DNA of 36,351 nucleotides from Escherichia coli (GTDB lineage Bacteria; Pseudomonadota; Gammaproteobacteria; Enterobacterales; Enterobacteriaceae): NCBI RefSeq assembly GCF_017348835.2, contig NZ_CP072313.1; one strand, 5' to 3'. Shown piece by piece: positions 16,362 to 26,198 of this stretch (position 1 is its first letter; each line of letters starts with the position of its first letter). The notes under the pieces were generated by a model. It saw only the letters and a program-made list of their open reading frames with translations, ran no database searches and was not told where the DNA came from. The position numbers and the translations under genes were made by a program.

Positions 16362-17408
16362 ATGGCTTCAAATGACTCCGCTTTTGCAAAAGCGAATTTC
16401 GAAATCGTCCAGCCGATGTTCAATGAATTATCTTCGATTATTCAGAACAGCGTAACCACAAATTTTCAGACCATTATGCAACTTGTGACTCCATTGTTCG
16501 GAGCCGCCGTCATTCTCTACGGTGTTTTCTTTGCGTGGGAAATCATGTACACACGCAAGGATGATGTGATGATGGAATCCGTAAAGCGTATGGGCGTTCT
16601 GACGCTTGTTTTTGCCATGAGTACCGCCGGAGGTATGTACCTTAGCTATATCGTTCCTTTCGTACAGGGAAGCGGTCAGGAAGTGGCCTCCAGGCTTATT
16701 GGCCAGGACGGAGCCAGTACCGGAGCCGTTATCGATGGCCTTCTTAACAGACTGATAGATTTAGGCCATGAACAATTTAAGGTTTTTCAAAAAGCTGATG
16801 GCTGGTTTGATTCAATGGGGGCATGGATTGTTTTTATTCTTAAAGCCATTCTTCTTGCTCTTGCTGGCGGCGGATTTGTTATTTACTGCGCAGCTTATTT
16901 ATTAATGGCCGAAATGATGGTCGGCATACTGCTTTCCATTGGCGGTGTGTTTATCTTATTTTCTGCGTGGCCTACCACGCGCAATATGTTTACAGCGTGG
17001 GTGGGATCATGTTTTAACTATATATTTCTCAATATTGCCTATGCCTGTCTGTTCAAGGTTCTGATTCAGTATATTAATAACTATATCAATACAAACAGCG
17101 ATGATATTACTAAAAATATCTGGAGCGTCCTTTGTGTTGCGGTTGTATTCCTGATTGGTAAATTCCTCCTTGCTCAAATATCAACGCTGATAAGTACATT
17201 AACAGGCGGTGTGGGTATTAACGGTCTGACAAGCGCTACCGGAGATGTTATAAAATCTCTGCGTGGGGCTGGCAACAGCACACGAAATCAGCTTGGGCTT
17301 GGCTTTAATAAAACAGCACAGGATGCACGGGCGCGTAACAGTGAATATGCTGCCGCAGCAAAAGATTATTTATCTTCCCGCTTTGGTGGAAACATCAAGG
17401 CCGGATAA
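16362..17408 (+). CDS. virB6: VirB6-like polytopic inner-membrane protein (start taken at ATG 16362)
   Basis: multiple hydrophobic segments; conserved position; AGGTAA upstream of the ATG. Confidence 0.85.
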   Translation: MASNDSAFAKANFEIVQPMFNELSSIIQNSVTTNFQTIMQLVTPLFGAAVILYGVFFAWEIMYTRKDDVMMESVKRMGVLTLVFAMSTAGGMYLSYIVPFVQGSGQEVASRLIGQDGASTGAVIDGLLNRLIDLGHEQFKVFQKADGWFDSMGAWIVFILKAILLALAGGGFVIYCAAYLLMAEMMVGILLSIGGVFILFSAWPTTRNMFTAWVGSCFNYIFLNIAYACLFKVLIQYINNYINTNSDDITKNIWSVLCVAVVFLIGKFLLAQISTLISTLTGGVGINGLTSATGDVIKSLRGAGNSTRNQLGLGFNKTAQDARARNSEYAAAAKDYLSSRFGGNIKAG

Positions 17409-17465
17409 TTCCCCCTCTTTACTCAATCAATATCTCTTATTTATCCGGCTTAAAAGGTATGTTTT

Positions 17466-17609
17466 ATGTATAAATATATCATTCCGGCAGTTGTCTGCTT
17501 ATTTCTTTCTGCATGTACCGCAACGAATCCCCCTGAAGCACCTGAAGCTACAGGAAAATGGGAGCCATTATATACCAGCGTCGATAACATTATGAAGGGA
17601 TATAAATAA
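17466..17609 (+). CDS. virB7: VirB7-like small lipoprotein (47 aa, MYKYIIPAVVCLFLSACTATNPPEAPEATGKWEPLYTSVDNIMKGYK), not in the ORF track
   Basis: lipobox LSAC; stop overlaps the virB8 start (TAATG); position between virB6 and virB8. Confidence 0.7.
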   Translation: MYKYIIPAVVCLFLSACTATNPPEAPEATGKWEPLYTSVDNIMKGYK

Positions 17610-18355
17610 TGGGTTTGAAAGAATATTTTAAAAGATCCAAAGCGGAAGCACGTAAAACACCCGCTCAAAAAGAAACCGATAAAAAAATTGAAAAAAACGT
17701 ACTGGACGCAGCAAAAGAATTTGCGCGTGATCGTGATAACGAACTGAAGCGCTCACTGCGGATCACGCGTTTTGCGCTTTTCTTTTCGTCCGCTTCTGCG
17801 GCTGCAATGGCGGTTGCCCTCGCAGTCATGGCCCCGCTGAAAACAACAGAACCGTTTCTGTTACGGGTAGATAAAACAACGGGCTACACGGATGTGATCA
17901 CCCCGTTCAGTCAGGATTCCGGTACATATGACGAGGCGGTAAGCCGCTATTTCCTCACGCGCTATCTGGAGAACCGCGAAGGTTACGAATGGTACACAAT
18001 TCAGAACATGCTGAATACCGTTGAACTGATGTCTTCCTCCCAGGTATTCGCCGAATACAACAACATGATTCACGGCCCGTTATCTCCGCTGTATAAGCTG
18101 AAGAAAAGCTACAAAATTCTTGTTCGCGTGCAGTCCATCACCTTTCTGGATGAAAACACGGTACAGGGACGTTTTGTTAAAGCAATCACCGATCCCGATG
18201 GCAAACCCGCACCTGGATACACGCCAACACAATGGATTGCCACCATCAAATTTGTATGGCTAAAAGACAAGATCGCGACTGAAGCTGAGCGCCAGATAAA
18301 CCCGTTCGGGCTGGATGTGCTCTCATACCGTGTTGATCCAGAGGTGGTGAAATGA
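17609..18355 (+). CDS. virB8: VirB8
   Basis: N-terminal single transmembrane segment followed by a periplasmic domain; gene order. Confidence 0.85.
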   Translation: MGLKEYFKRSKAEARKTPAQKETDKKIEKNVLDAAKEFARDRDNELKRSLRITRFALFFSSASAAAMAVALAVMAPLKTTEPFLLRVDKTTGYTDVITPFSQDSGTYDEAVSRYFLTRYLENREGYEWYTIQNMLNTVELMSSSQVFAEYNNMIHGPLSPLYKLKKSYKILVRVQSITFLDENTVQGRFVKAITDPDGKPAPGYTPTQWIATIKFVWLKDKIATEAERQINPFGLDVLSYRVDPEVVK

Positions 18356-19149
18356 TGATGCGAAAACTCCTTTTATCCCTGGTCATATCCGGTATCACCA
18401 TGACCTGTCATGCTGCAAAAACGCCAGCGTCCGCAGGTTTTGACAGACGCGTACAACAAATCGTCTATAACCCCAATGACGTAACCATTGTCAAAACAAA
18501 AGCGGGAGAAGTAACCCTTATCGAGCTTGAAGAGGGAGAAATCATCAAGAGCGAAGATACTGGTCTTGCTATTGGTGATCCTGAAGCCTGGGATCCGGCT
18601 GTCAGGGGTAACACTATTTTTCTGCGTCCCAAAGCAGCAGAACCTGATACCAATATCGCAATTGTGACAAACAAACGGATCTACTCCATCCAGTTAGTCA
18701 GTACCGACCAGAACCCGACCTATTTATTGCGATACATCTATCCGAAACCGCCGGAACCCGTGAAACCCAATGTCATGACGGGCCGGAGTCGTGTTGTCGC
18801 GCCCTGTACTGAAGGGAATATTGTAAACGGTCGTTATGAGGTGCGTGGTAGCAGGAAAATTAAACCTGAAGCCATCTGGGATAACGGTCGTCTGACCTGT
18901 TTCCGCTGGACTGGCGCAGCTGACCTTCCGGTTGTGTTCAGGATCTTACCGGACGGTAAGGAGCAACTGGTTAATTACCATATGGATAAAAACATCATGG
19001 TTGTGCACGAAATTTCGCCAGCTTTTGTACTGCGTCTCGGAGGTGAGGTGATGGAAGTCAGAACAAACCGTCATATACCGCGAGCCTGGAACGCCAGCGG
19101 AACACTGACTGGCGAAACCAGAGTGGAGATTAATAACGATGAAAAATAA
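18352..19149 (+). CDS. virB9: VirB9
   Basis: signal peptide; overlapping starts with neighbours; gene order. Confidence 0.85.
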   Translation: MMMRKLLLSLVISGITMTCHAAKTPASAGFDRRVQQIVYNPNDVTIVKTKAGEVTLIELEEGEIIKSEDTGLAIGDPEAWDPAVRGNTIFLRPKAAEPDTNIAIVTNKRIYSIQLVSTDQNPTYLLRYIYPKPPEPVKPNVMTGRSRVVAPCTEGNIVNGRYEVRGSRKIKPEAIWDNGRLTCFRWTGAADLPVVFRILPDGKEQLVNYHMDKNIMVVHEISPAFVLRLGGEVMEVRTNRHIPRAWNASGTLTGETRVEINNDEK

Positions 19150-20362
19150 CAACGATATTGTGATTGAAAAACTCGATAAAATTGACACTCAGGAGGCGGA
19201 TACCGACGCACAAAACCGGAATTTCATCCACTCCGGTAAAAAACAGGGAAACAAAAAGGCAAAAGCGGTCCTTATACTTGCAGGTTTTGCTTTTGTTACC
19301 GTAGTCATTCTGACAGCCGTTTTATCAAAGGTGTTTTCATCCTCGGGAGAGGAAGAAACTACCGAAACTGCGACCACAAAAGCACAGGCAGAGGTCTATG
19401 CACAAAATACCCAGGCAAAAAATCTTGATGACCTGAAAGAAAGCGTCGCCAGAAGCATAGAGGAAGTCAAAAACAACGTTAATTCAGAAGAGGAACAAGC
19501 CAGGGAAGAAGCACCACCGGAAAACAAGGAAAATAAAGGTGTCACTCTGCCAGCAGAAAACGAAGCTGATACCGGATATACACAAAGTAATGGCGATGCC
19601 CCACCCACACCAGAACAGCGTCGTCTGATGGGAAGCGTAATGGTTGATGACAGCCGGATCACACAGTCACAGCCTGGAAGTTCCGGTCAAAAAACGGCAG
19701 GCGCTACGCCAGCGTCAGACAACACAAATGTTTCTGGTGATGGTGATTTTTTACAGGGTGCTGACTTTGCTGATGGCTCTGTATCCCGCATAAAAAATCG
19801 TCGCTTTCTGCTTTCGGCTGGAACAACTTTTCCGTGCGTCCTGAAAACAATGCTTGTCACCACATATCCTGGTGTAACGCTCTGCCAGTTAACCAAAGAT
19901 GTGATCTCGGATGACGGGAAAACGGTATTAATCCGTGCTGGCGCACAACTCCAGGGAGAACAGACAAAAGCCATTACACAGGGAATGGCACGCGTGTTTG
20001 TCAACTGGACAATGGTTAAGGACCGCAATGTCAGAGTGCGGATTAATGCTCTCGGTGCTGACAGCCTCGGCGCGTCGGGGCTTCCGGCGTGGGTGGATAC
20101 ACATTTCTGGGAGCGCTTTGGTGGCGCATTAATGCTTTCTCTCATTGAAGACACTCTGGCTGCCGGAACCTCACGTCTTTCCCGCGAAAACAACAGCGAC
20201 TTCACTATGAACAATACCACCGGAACGTCCAGTGAACTGGCGAAAACCACGCTTGATAATTCAATCAACATTCCGCCAACAGGTTACGTGAATCAGGGCG
20301 AAATGCTGACTGTCATTGTGCCACGCAACATTGATTTTTCTTCTGTATATAAGGTCCGCTGA
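19139..20362 (+). CDS. virB10: VirB10
   Basis: N-terminal transmembrane segment, acidic and Pro-rich linker, conserved C-terminal domain; gene order. Confidence 0.85.
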   Translation: MKNNNDIVIEKLDKIDTQEADTDAQNRNFIHSGKKQGNKKAKAVLILAGFAFVTVVILTAVLSKVFSSSGEEETTETATTKAQAEVYAQNTQAKNLDDLKESVARSIEEVKNNVNSEEEQAREEAPPENKENKGVTLPAENEADTGYTQSNGDAPPTPEQRRLMGSVMVDDSRITQSQPGSSGQKTAGATPASDNTNVSGDGDFLQGADFADGSVSRIKNRRFLLSAGTTFPCVLKTMLVTTYPGVTLCQLTKDVISDDGKTVLIRAGAQLQGEQTKAITQGMARVFVNWTMVKDRNVRVRINALGADSLGASGLPAWVDTHFWERFGGALMLSLIEDTLAAGTSRLSRENNSDFTMNNTTGTSSELAKTTLDNSINIPPTGYVNQGEMLTVIVPRNIDFSSVYKVR

Positions 20363-21375
20363 TGGAAACAATCAACATGTTTCTTGAAAGTACAGGCGTA
20401 CGCCCCTTTCTTCAGGCTGAGGGGCTTACGGAAATTATCGTAAACCGCCCGTTTGAAATTATTACCGAAGGCGTTAACGGCTGGGAATACCATGAAGCGC
20501 CAGGGGCTTCATACAGTGATCTGCTTGATCTCTCTATTGCAATCAACAAATACAACAACAGCGCAGAACCCCTTGATGCCCTGCACCCTATCAAGTCGCT
20601 GGTTATGCCTGGTGGTGAGCGTATGCAGATTATCATGCCTCCGGCCTGTGAAGAGAGATGTATCTCATTCACCATACGTAAACCTTCCCTGAGGCGCTTC
20701 ACTCTGGAGGATTACGTTAGCAGCAACCGGTTCAGCAATGTTCGCATTGTGAATCAGGCAAACCTGAGCACTCTGAGTGCCTCACAACAAAAACTGCTTG
20801 ACCTTCTCGATAACACCAGGTGTGCCCCCAGAACCTGGATCAGTTTTTTAGAAGCTGCTGTGGCCGCCAGAATGAATATTCTGGTTGTGGGTGGTACGGG
20901 ATCAGGAAAAACCACCATTGCAAAAACCATTGCAGACCTGTTTCCCCGTGATCGCCGCATTATCACCATTGAAGATGTGCACGAGATGACGCTGCCAAAC
21001 CATCGTAATCACGTCCATCTGTTCTATAAGCAAGGCGGCGTACAGCCCCGATACCTGATTGAAGCGGCAATGCGTATGAAACCGGATCATATCTTTCTGG
21101 CAGAATTACGTGGTGATGAGGCATGGAGTTACCTGGAAGCACTGAATACAGGACACGAAGGCAGCGTGACAACCATTCACGCCAACAGTGCCTTAGACGC
21201 CATTTCCCGTCTTGCGTCGATTGTCAAACAGTCCACAGTGGGGCTTACCCTGGACCACAGCTTCATACTGAAAACCATCAAAACCTCCATCGATATTGTG
21301 GTGTTCTTCAGACATACCCATATGACGGAGATCTACTACAACCCGATGGAGAAAAATCAACTACTGGCAGCATGA
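20362..21375 (+). CDS. virB11: VirB11 ATPase
   Basis: Walker A VVGGTGSGKTT. Confidence 0.9.
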   Translation: METINMFLESTGVRPFLQAEGLTEIIVNRPFEIITEGVNGWEYHEAPGASYSDLLDLSIAINKYNNSAEPLDALHPIKSLVMPGGERMQIIMPPACEERCISFTIRKPSLRRFTLEDYVSSNRFSNVRIVNQANLSTLSASQQKLLDLLDNTRCAPRTWISFLEAAVAARMNILVVGGTGSGKTTIAKTIADLFPRDRRIITIEDVHEMTLPNHRNHVHLFYKQGGVQPRYLIEAAMRMKPDHIFLAELRGDEAWSYLEALNTGHEGSVTTIHANSALDAISRLASIVKQSTVGLTLDHSFILKTIKTSIDIVVFFRHTHMTEIYYNPMEKNQLLAA

Positions 21376-21657
21376 TGTTTTCGTCTGCGCCAGCAGACAG
21401 AAGGGGCGAACGAAAACTCCAGGGTAGCACAGGATCCACATCGCCCCGAAGCGCGGCAACGCCGCTACTGTTATCGACCGGAACCAGGTCCACCTTCCCG
21501 CCCTGCCAGGCCCGACTGACTCACCGACAACGATGACGCTGATTTGCGCCGCAGAATGCCGCAGTTAGCGCTCGCGCCAGCGAGTTTACGCCGTCCAGGG
21601 TTTCCCTGGACGGGGCGCTGTACTGCGCGTGTGAGCGCCAGCGAGCTACGGGTGCAA
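21376..21657 (+). repeat. type-A GC-rich core copy 4, without the promoter and 5'UTR, between virB11 and virD4
   Basis: aligns with cores of A1-A3; hairpin GTCTGC-GCCA-GCAGAC shows compensatory changes versus ATCCGC...GCGGAT. Confidence 0.8.
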
Positions 21658-21694
21658 CTCTCCGGTGAAAAACCTCACGACAACGGAAAAGCTG

Positions 21695-23716
21695 ATGAAG
21701 AAAAAGAAACTTGTCCTGCCTGTACTTATAGTCTGGCTGATGGCCCTGACAGCCTCCGGCTGGCTGGGAAGTTTTATACTGGTGAAAATCGCCTCACTAC
21801 CGACTGACAACCTGCAATGGAGTACGTACTTATCCACGCTGGCCTATTATGGCTGGCAACCATCCCTCAAAAAATACCTGTTTGCAGGACTTGCGGGGAC
21901 TCTGCTTCCGTTCCTGATTGCACTCATCCTGACTGTCGTGATGTTTGTCGCCGTTCGGGAGAAAAAAACGGTGCACGGTAACGCCAGGCTGGCAAATGAT
22001 CGTGACCTGGCAGACAGCGGTTTTTTTCCCGACGAAAAAGAACTGAAAAATAAGAAATACCCGTCACTGCTCATAGGAAAAATGCCTGAACATAAAGGAC
22101 GTTTTAAATCACGCTATCTGCAATACAGCGGTCAGCAGTTTCTGATGCTGTACGCCCCGACACGAAGCGGTAAGGGCGTCGGGATCGTTATCCCTAACGG
22201 CATCTGGTATACCGACTCGATGGTATTCCTGGATATCAAACTGGAAAACTTTCTTGAGACGGCGGGATACCGGAAAAATGTGTTAAACCAGGAAGTCTAT
22301 CTCTTCAGCCCTGACGGCTACGCACGAGAAATCAGCGGTGAAACAGTACTGACAACTCACCGCTACAATCCCCTTTACTATATTCGCCGTGATCCTGTAT
22401 ATCGCTTTGGCGACCTGGAAAAAATCGCGGTGATCCTGTTTCCGATGACCGGAGGTGAAAACGACACCTGGGTGGAATCCAGTAAAAACGTCTTTATCAG
22501 TCTGGTTCTGTGGTTACTCGATACTGAACTCGAGGGCAAATTTAAAGTTAATATGAACTCGGTGATGAAACTGAGTATTCCGGCTGATGGCTCAAGCCTG
22601 GCAAAATGGATGCTGAACGAGATCAGAAGTCGGGGTAATGAAGTTCTCACTGAACGCTGGAAGGCGTACCATGCTTTACCGGAAGAGGAGAAACAGGGCA
22701 AAACGCCCTCCACCTATCCGTTAAGTGATGACACCATCCGCCTGTTCCGCCAGTTCGCAGCCAAAGAACCCGAGCAACAGGAAAGCATCATGCTCGACTT
22801 TAACCGCACCATGTCAATGTTCGCCAACCCTGTCGTTGCTGCGGCTACGGAAGATAACGATTTTGATATGCGTGATGTGCGCCGTAAAAAAATGACAATT
22901 TACTACGGCATTTCTCCTGGTGCATTAAAGCAATATCAGCGTCTGACTAACCTGTTTTTTTCACAACTGCTTAATGAGAACGTGCGTACTCTGCCAGAAC
23001 ATGACGCAACACTGAAATATCAGTGCACACTCATGCTGGACGAGTTTACGTCAATGGGCCGCCTCGACGTGGTTCAGGTGTCCCTGGCATTCACGGCGGG
23101 CTATAACCTGCGTTTTGTGTTTATTCTGCAAAACAGGGAGCAGTTATTTGATGAAAAACATGGTTACGGGAAAATGGGGGGAAACACTATTCTGAAAAAC
23201 TGTGCGGTTGAAATTTTCTATCCACCTAAAAAAGTGGATGAAAGTGTAAAAGACGTATCAGAAACAATCGGGTATTATGATTTTGTCCGCACTCAAATAA
23301 GCCGGACAACAGGGAAAAACCCTAGTACAACCCGCAATAAAATTATTGAAAAACGGGCTGTTATGCTACCGCAAGAAATTACTGATTTACGGGACCAGAA
23401 ATTTAAAGTCAAAGGAAAGAAAACAAGTTTTTCTTTACCACAAATCGTAATGAGTGAGTTTTGTCGCCCGTTTATTGCACATAAAATTGTCAGTTTCGAT
23501 CAAAACAATGAGTCTTTTTTTGTTAACGCAAGAAAATATTCCCGAAAAAATATCATAGACACACCTGTACTTGATATTCCACAGGATGAAGTGGTTCGTC
23601 AGTTAATGCTCCAGCGGGAAAGGGAGGAAGCGTGGAAAGCGACGCAACCTGCTTTTGATAAAAATGATTTTGATGATGATAAGGAATATTTTCCTGGTGA
23701 TGGTGGTGGTGATTAA
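21695..23716 (+). CDS. virD4: type IV coupling protein (VirD4/TaxB-like); the ORF track extends upstream to a GTG at 21665
   Basis: N-terminal transmembrane helices; Walker A APTRSGKGVGIVIPN; position after virB11. Confidence 0.85.
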   Translation: MKKKKLVLPVLIVWLMALTASGWLGSFILVKIASLPTDNLQWSTYLSTLAYYGWQPSLKKYLFAGLAGTLLPFLIALILTVVMFVAVREKKTVHGNARLANDRDLADSGFFPDEKELKNKKYPSLLIGKMPEHKGRFKSRYLQYSGQQFLMLYAPTRSGKGVGIVIPNGIWYTDSMVFLDIKLENFLETAGYRKNVLNQEVYLFSPDGYAREISGETVLTTHRYNPLYYIRRDPVYRFGDLEKIAVILFPMTGGENDTWVESSKNVFISLVLWLLDTELEGKFKVNMNSVMKLSIPADGSSLAKWMLNEIRSRGNEVLTERWKAYHALPEEEKQGKTPSTYPLSDDTIRLFRQFAAKEPEQQESIMLDFNRTMSMFANPVVAAATEDNDFDMRDVRRKKMTIYYGISPGALKQYQRLTNLFFSQLLNENVRTLPEHDATLKYQCTLMLDEFTSMGRLDVVQVSLAFTAGYNLRFVFILQNREQLFDEKHGYGKMGGNTILKNCAVEIFYPPKKVDESVKDVSETIGYYDFVRTQISRTTGKNPSTTRNKIIEKRAVMLPQEITDLRDQKFKVKGKKTSFSLPQIVMSEFCRPFIAHKIVSFDQNNESFFVNARKYSRKNIIDTPVLDIPQDEVVRQLMLQREREEAWKATQPAFDKNDFDDDKEYFPGDGGGD

Positions 23717-23916
23717 CCATGATGCCGCTTTAAGCGGCATGGAAGGCGGCACTCTGTAGCTCAATATGGCTATGCGGCTTATCCGCCGAAGCCCCGCGCC
23801 AGCGGGTACTGAATCCAATATTCTCTGGTACAGCGCTCGCGCCCCCTGCTAAGCCCAATTGCACGGAACTTACAGCCACTCGGTTGTTTCTGGTCGAAGA
23901 CTGACAAAATCAAAGC
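23717..23916 (+). repeat. type-B structured element copy 3
   Basis: hairpin ATGCCGC-TTTAA-GCGGCAT; begins 1 nt after the virD4 stop. Confidence 0.8.
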
Positions 23917-23963
23917 AATTGTTCAAAAAGCCTGTCTGTGGGCTTCCTCACGGAGATATAAAT

Positions 23964-24293
23964 ATGAAACCTCGTTTACTCATATCAGTCACACTACTTT
24001 CTGCGCTTACTTTCATACTACCTGCCAGTGCCAAAATAAAAGGACTATCCGCAGCCGGAGATCCTTGTGAAGTGCTTGTCTGTATGGCTGAAAAAGTACA
24101 GGGAGCACCACAACCTGGTTGTATTCCGGTGAATCAGAGATTCTTTAACATCCGCGTCTACACTCCTTTTTATAATCCCGGTGCAACCTACGGCGCAAGA
24201 CAGAATTTTCTTTATACCTGTTCAGGTTCGGCTGTTAACCAGGCAACCTTAAATATGATTATGCAACGTTATGGCAGTCTTTTTTCTGGTTAA
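23964..24293 (+). CDS. small secreted Cys-containing protein (109 aa)
   Basis: GGAG Shine-Dalgarno; N-terminal signal peptide MKPRLLISVTLLSALTFILPASA. Confidence 0.5.
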   Translation: MKPRLLISVTLLSALTFILPASAKIKGLSAAGDPCEVLVCMAEKVQGAPQPGCIPVNQRFFNIRVYTPFYNPGATYGARQNFLYTCSGSAVNQATLNMIMQRYGSLFSG

Positions 24294-24367
24294 CACGGAT
24301 AATGACTCATTTTTACTTTTTCAAAGAAAATATTTGACGTCACTCTGTCAAAACTGAAGGAACCATA

Positions 24368-24706
24368 ATGAGCTTTATAAAAATAAACAGGCAACGTGAA
24401 TTTATGGAGCGAAGTAATTCACCACGTCTTGTACTACGAAAAGAAAAGAGAAGAAACGGTATTGTAAATTGTTATCTTTCCAAGACGGTAAGAGGCGACG
24501 ATACATTCATTACCATAGAGTTAAACCCTGAACACAATAAAATAAGATTAAAAACAACCAATTCACCAGAAGGCCATAAAATGAGTCGTGGTTGTTTTTC
24601 TCTTACTAAAGTTTTCGAATATATTTTTCATGAAAACCTTCACGAAGACAGAATTATTATTGAACTGGAGAAAAAAGAAAATGGGTGGTGGTATGGAAAT
24701 TACTAA
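24368..24706 (+). CDS. hypothetical protein (112 aa)
   Basis: ORF in the track with AAGGA Shine-Dalgarno; no family recognised. Confidence 0.4.
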   Translation: MSFIKINRQREFMERSNSPRLVLRKEKRRNGIVNCYLSKTVRGDDTFITIELNPEHNKIRLKTTNSPEGHKMSRGCFSLTKVFEYIFHENLHEDRIIIELEKKENGWWYGNY

Positions 24707-24956
24707 AAACAGAGAAACCCGATTTGTAACTCTTGCATCAGACTTTAACAATATTAAAGAAATTTATTCTGATGACGAGTTAAACCGTTTGCTGGAAGCT
24801 GTTAAGAATTGCCCGACCATAATTGTGTTGGGTTGCGCGACACAGGGAAAGAAACGCCACTTATGGCTTCTTGTTTAAGGACTACACCAGAGCGTATTTC
24901 AGTTGAAGAATTCAATGAAATTAAAGCTATTTCTTCTAAACAGAAATGACAAGTAA

Positions 24957-25121
24957 ACGCCACAGATTCCAGATTTTAATCTGGAATTTGTGGGGTTGAA
25001 CAACCGAAGGGCGTTAGTGCACATTTTGGGTAATGAATTATCAGCTCAGGAACAAAAACGCGGTTTGTGGGCCGATGCAAATCCGGTTCCACCGTGGGAG
25101 TGGCGATACAAACATAACTAA
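24957..25121 (+). pseudogene. remnant of a thermonuclease (staphylococcal-nuclease-like) gene, C-terminal about 50 codons only
   Basis: encodes ...ALVHILGNELSAQEQKRGLWADANPVPPWEWRYKHN, matching the conserved C-terminal GLW...PWEWR signature; no intact N-terminal part in any frame. Confidence 0.45.
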
Positions 25122-25136
25122 CTGATAGAGGTTTTT

Positions 25137-25541
25137 ATGGCTTTATCCCCCAAAGAAAAGAAAGAGTTACAACAACGCTTCGAAAAGCAATTACTACCTG
25201 ACCTTGATCTGTCATTTGAACTAAATGGCGAAGTATATAAATTTAATTTTGATAAAAATAAGTCAGGTGACTATATCGACAGTTTTACACAAGCAGTATG
25301 GGGAGGTTATCAGGATGCCGAGGAATGGAAAAAATATGGTAAACATCAGGAGACAGAATTACCTGAATACCCTGAACCAGTCGAGGGTTCGTGCGACTGT
25401 GATAAATGTAAGTCGATGATTTTTCATAAAGAGAAAAATATTTATGTTTGCCTCTCCTGCCATAAACAAACAGAGCCATTTCTTCCAATTGACTGGAACT
25501 CAAACGATTACGATTGGCTACCTTATGAAGATGAATACTAA
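25137..25541 (+). CDS. hypothetical protein with C-terminal zinc-ribbon-like motif (134 aa)
   Basis: AGAGG Shine-Dalgarno; CDCDKC...CLSCH Cys cluster; acidic C-terminus. Confidence 0.55.
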   Translation: MALSPKEKKELQQRFEKQLLPDLDLSFELNGEVYKFNFDKNKSGDYIDSFTQAVWGGYQDAEEWKKYGKHQETELPEYPEPVEGSCDCDKCKSMIFHKEKNIYVCLSCHKQTEPFLPIDWNSNDYDWLPYEDEY

Positions 25542-25576
25542 TGCTGAATACTTCAAAATCATAATGGGGGAAAGAA

Positions 25577-25825
25577 ATGCATTCTTCTTTTGGTTTGCCA
25601 TATCCTGCTGGTCACTGGTTTTATTCTTTACAGGACTTACTCGACAATCCTGTATTTATGGTTTCTTTCTTTGTTTTCTGGGTGGCAACGGGTCAATTTT
25701 TATTAACAACTGCACACAGAAAATTTAATATATCTGAAACAGTTGAGATGGTTATCATCGCTTTATTAATGATACTAATGACTCTTTCTTTTTATCTTTG
25801 TGCAATATTAAAGGCTTCTTTTTAA
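25577..25825 (+). CDS. small membrane protein (82 aa, two predicted transmembrane helices)
   Basis: GGGGG Shine-Dalgarno; hydrophobic segments. Confidence 0.5.
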   Translation: MHSSFGLPYPAGHWFYSLQDLLDNPVFMVSFFVFWVATGQFLLTTAHRKFNISETVEMVIIALLMILMTLSFYLCAILKASF

Positions 25826-25842
25826 ATTAGAGATTAAAATCA

Positions 25843-26172
25843 ATGGTGACGATAATAATTGGTGTATCGAGAGTTATTGATTATAAAATGGGGGGAGTGT
25901 CAGTTGATATTCCTCCATTCCCTGAATGGAACAGTGGTCATTATATAGAAATTCCAGGAGAGGGTATTGTATTCACTGGTGAAAAAGATGATGACGGCAA
26001 ACGGTGTTACTCTGGTGTCATCGAATCTCATTACAGCACCGATGACTGGGCGTTTATTCTTTCTGAGTACAAAAACTGGCTGAATGACAAGGAAAGAAAG
26101 TTTTCTTATCTGTTTGTCTTATGCAATGGTGAACTTGTTTACCATGAGGTCAACAAATCAGAACTTCTTTGA
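25843..26172 (+). CDS. hypothetical protein (109 aa)
   Basis: ORF in the track, tightly spaced within the operon. Confidence 0.5.
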   Translation: MVTIIIGVSRVIDYKMGGVSVDIPPFPEWNSGHYIEIPGEGIVFTGEKDDDGKRCYSGVIESHYSTDDWAFILSEYKNWLNDKERKFSYLFVLCNGELVYHEVNKSELL

Positions 26173-26198
26173 CTACGATAAAGATAAAGGAAATAGAT

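Noticed and set aside
24696-24878. 60-aa ORF overlapping the end of gene 24368-24706
   Set aside because: Short, overlapping, without a convincing start context, and adjacent to the decayed nuclease remnant; probably part of the degraded region.
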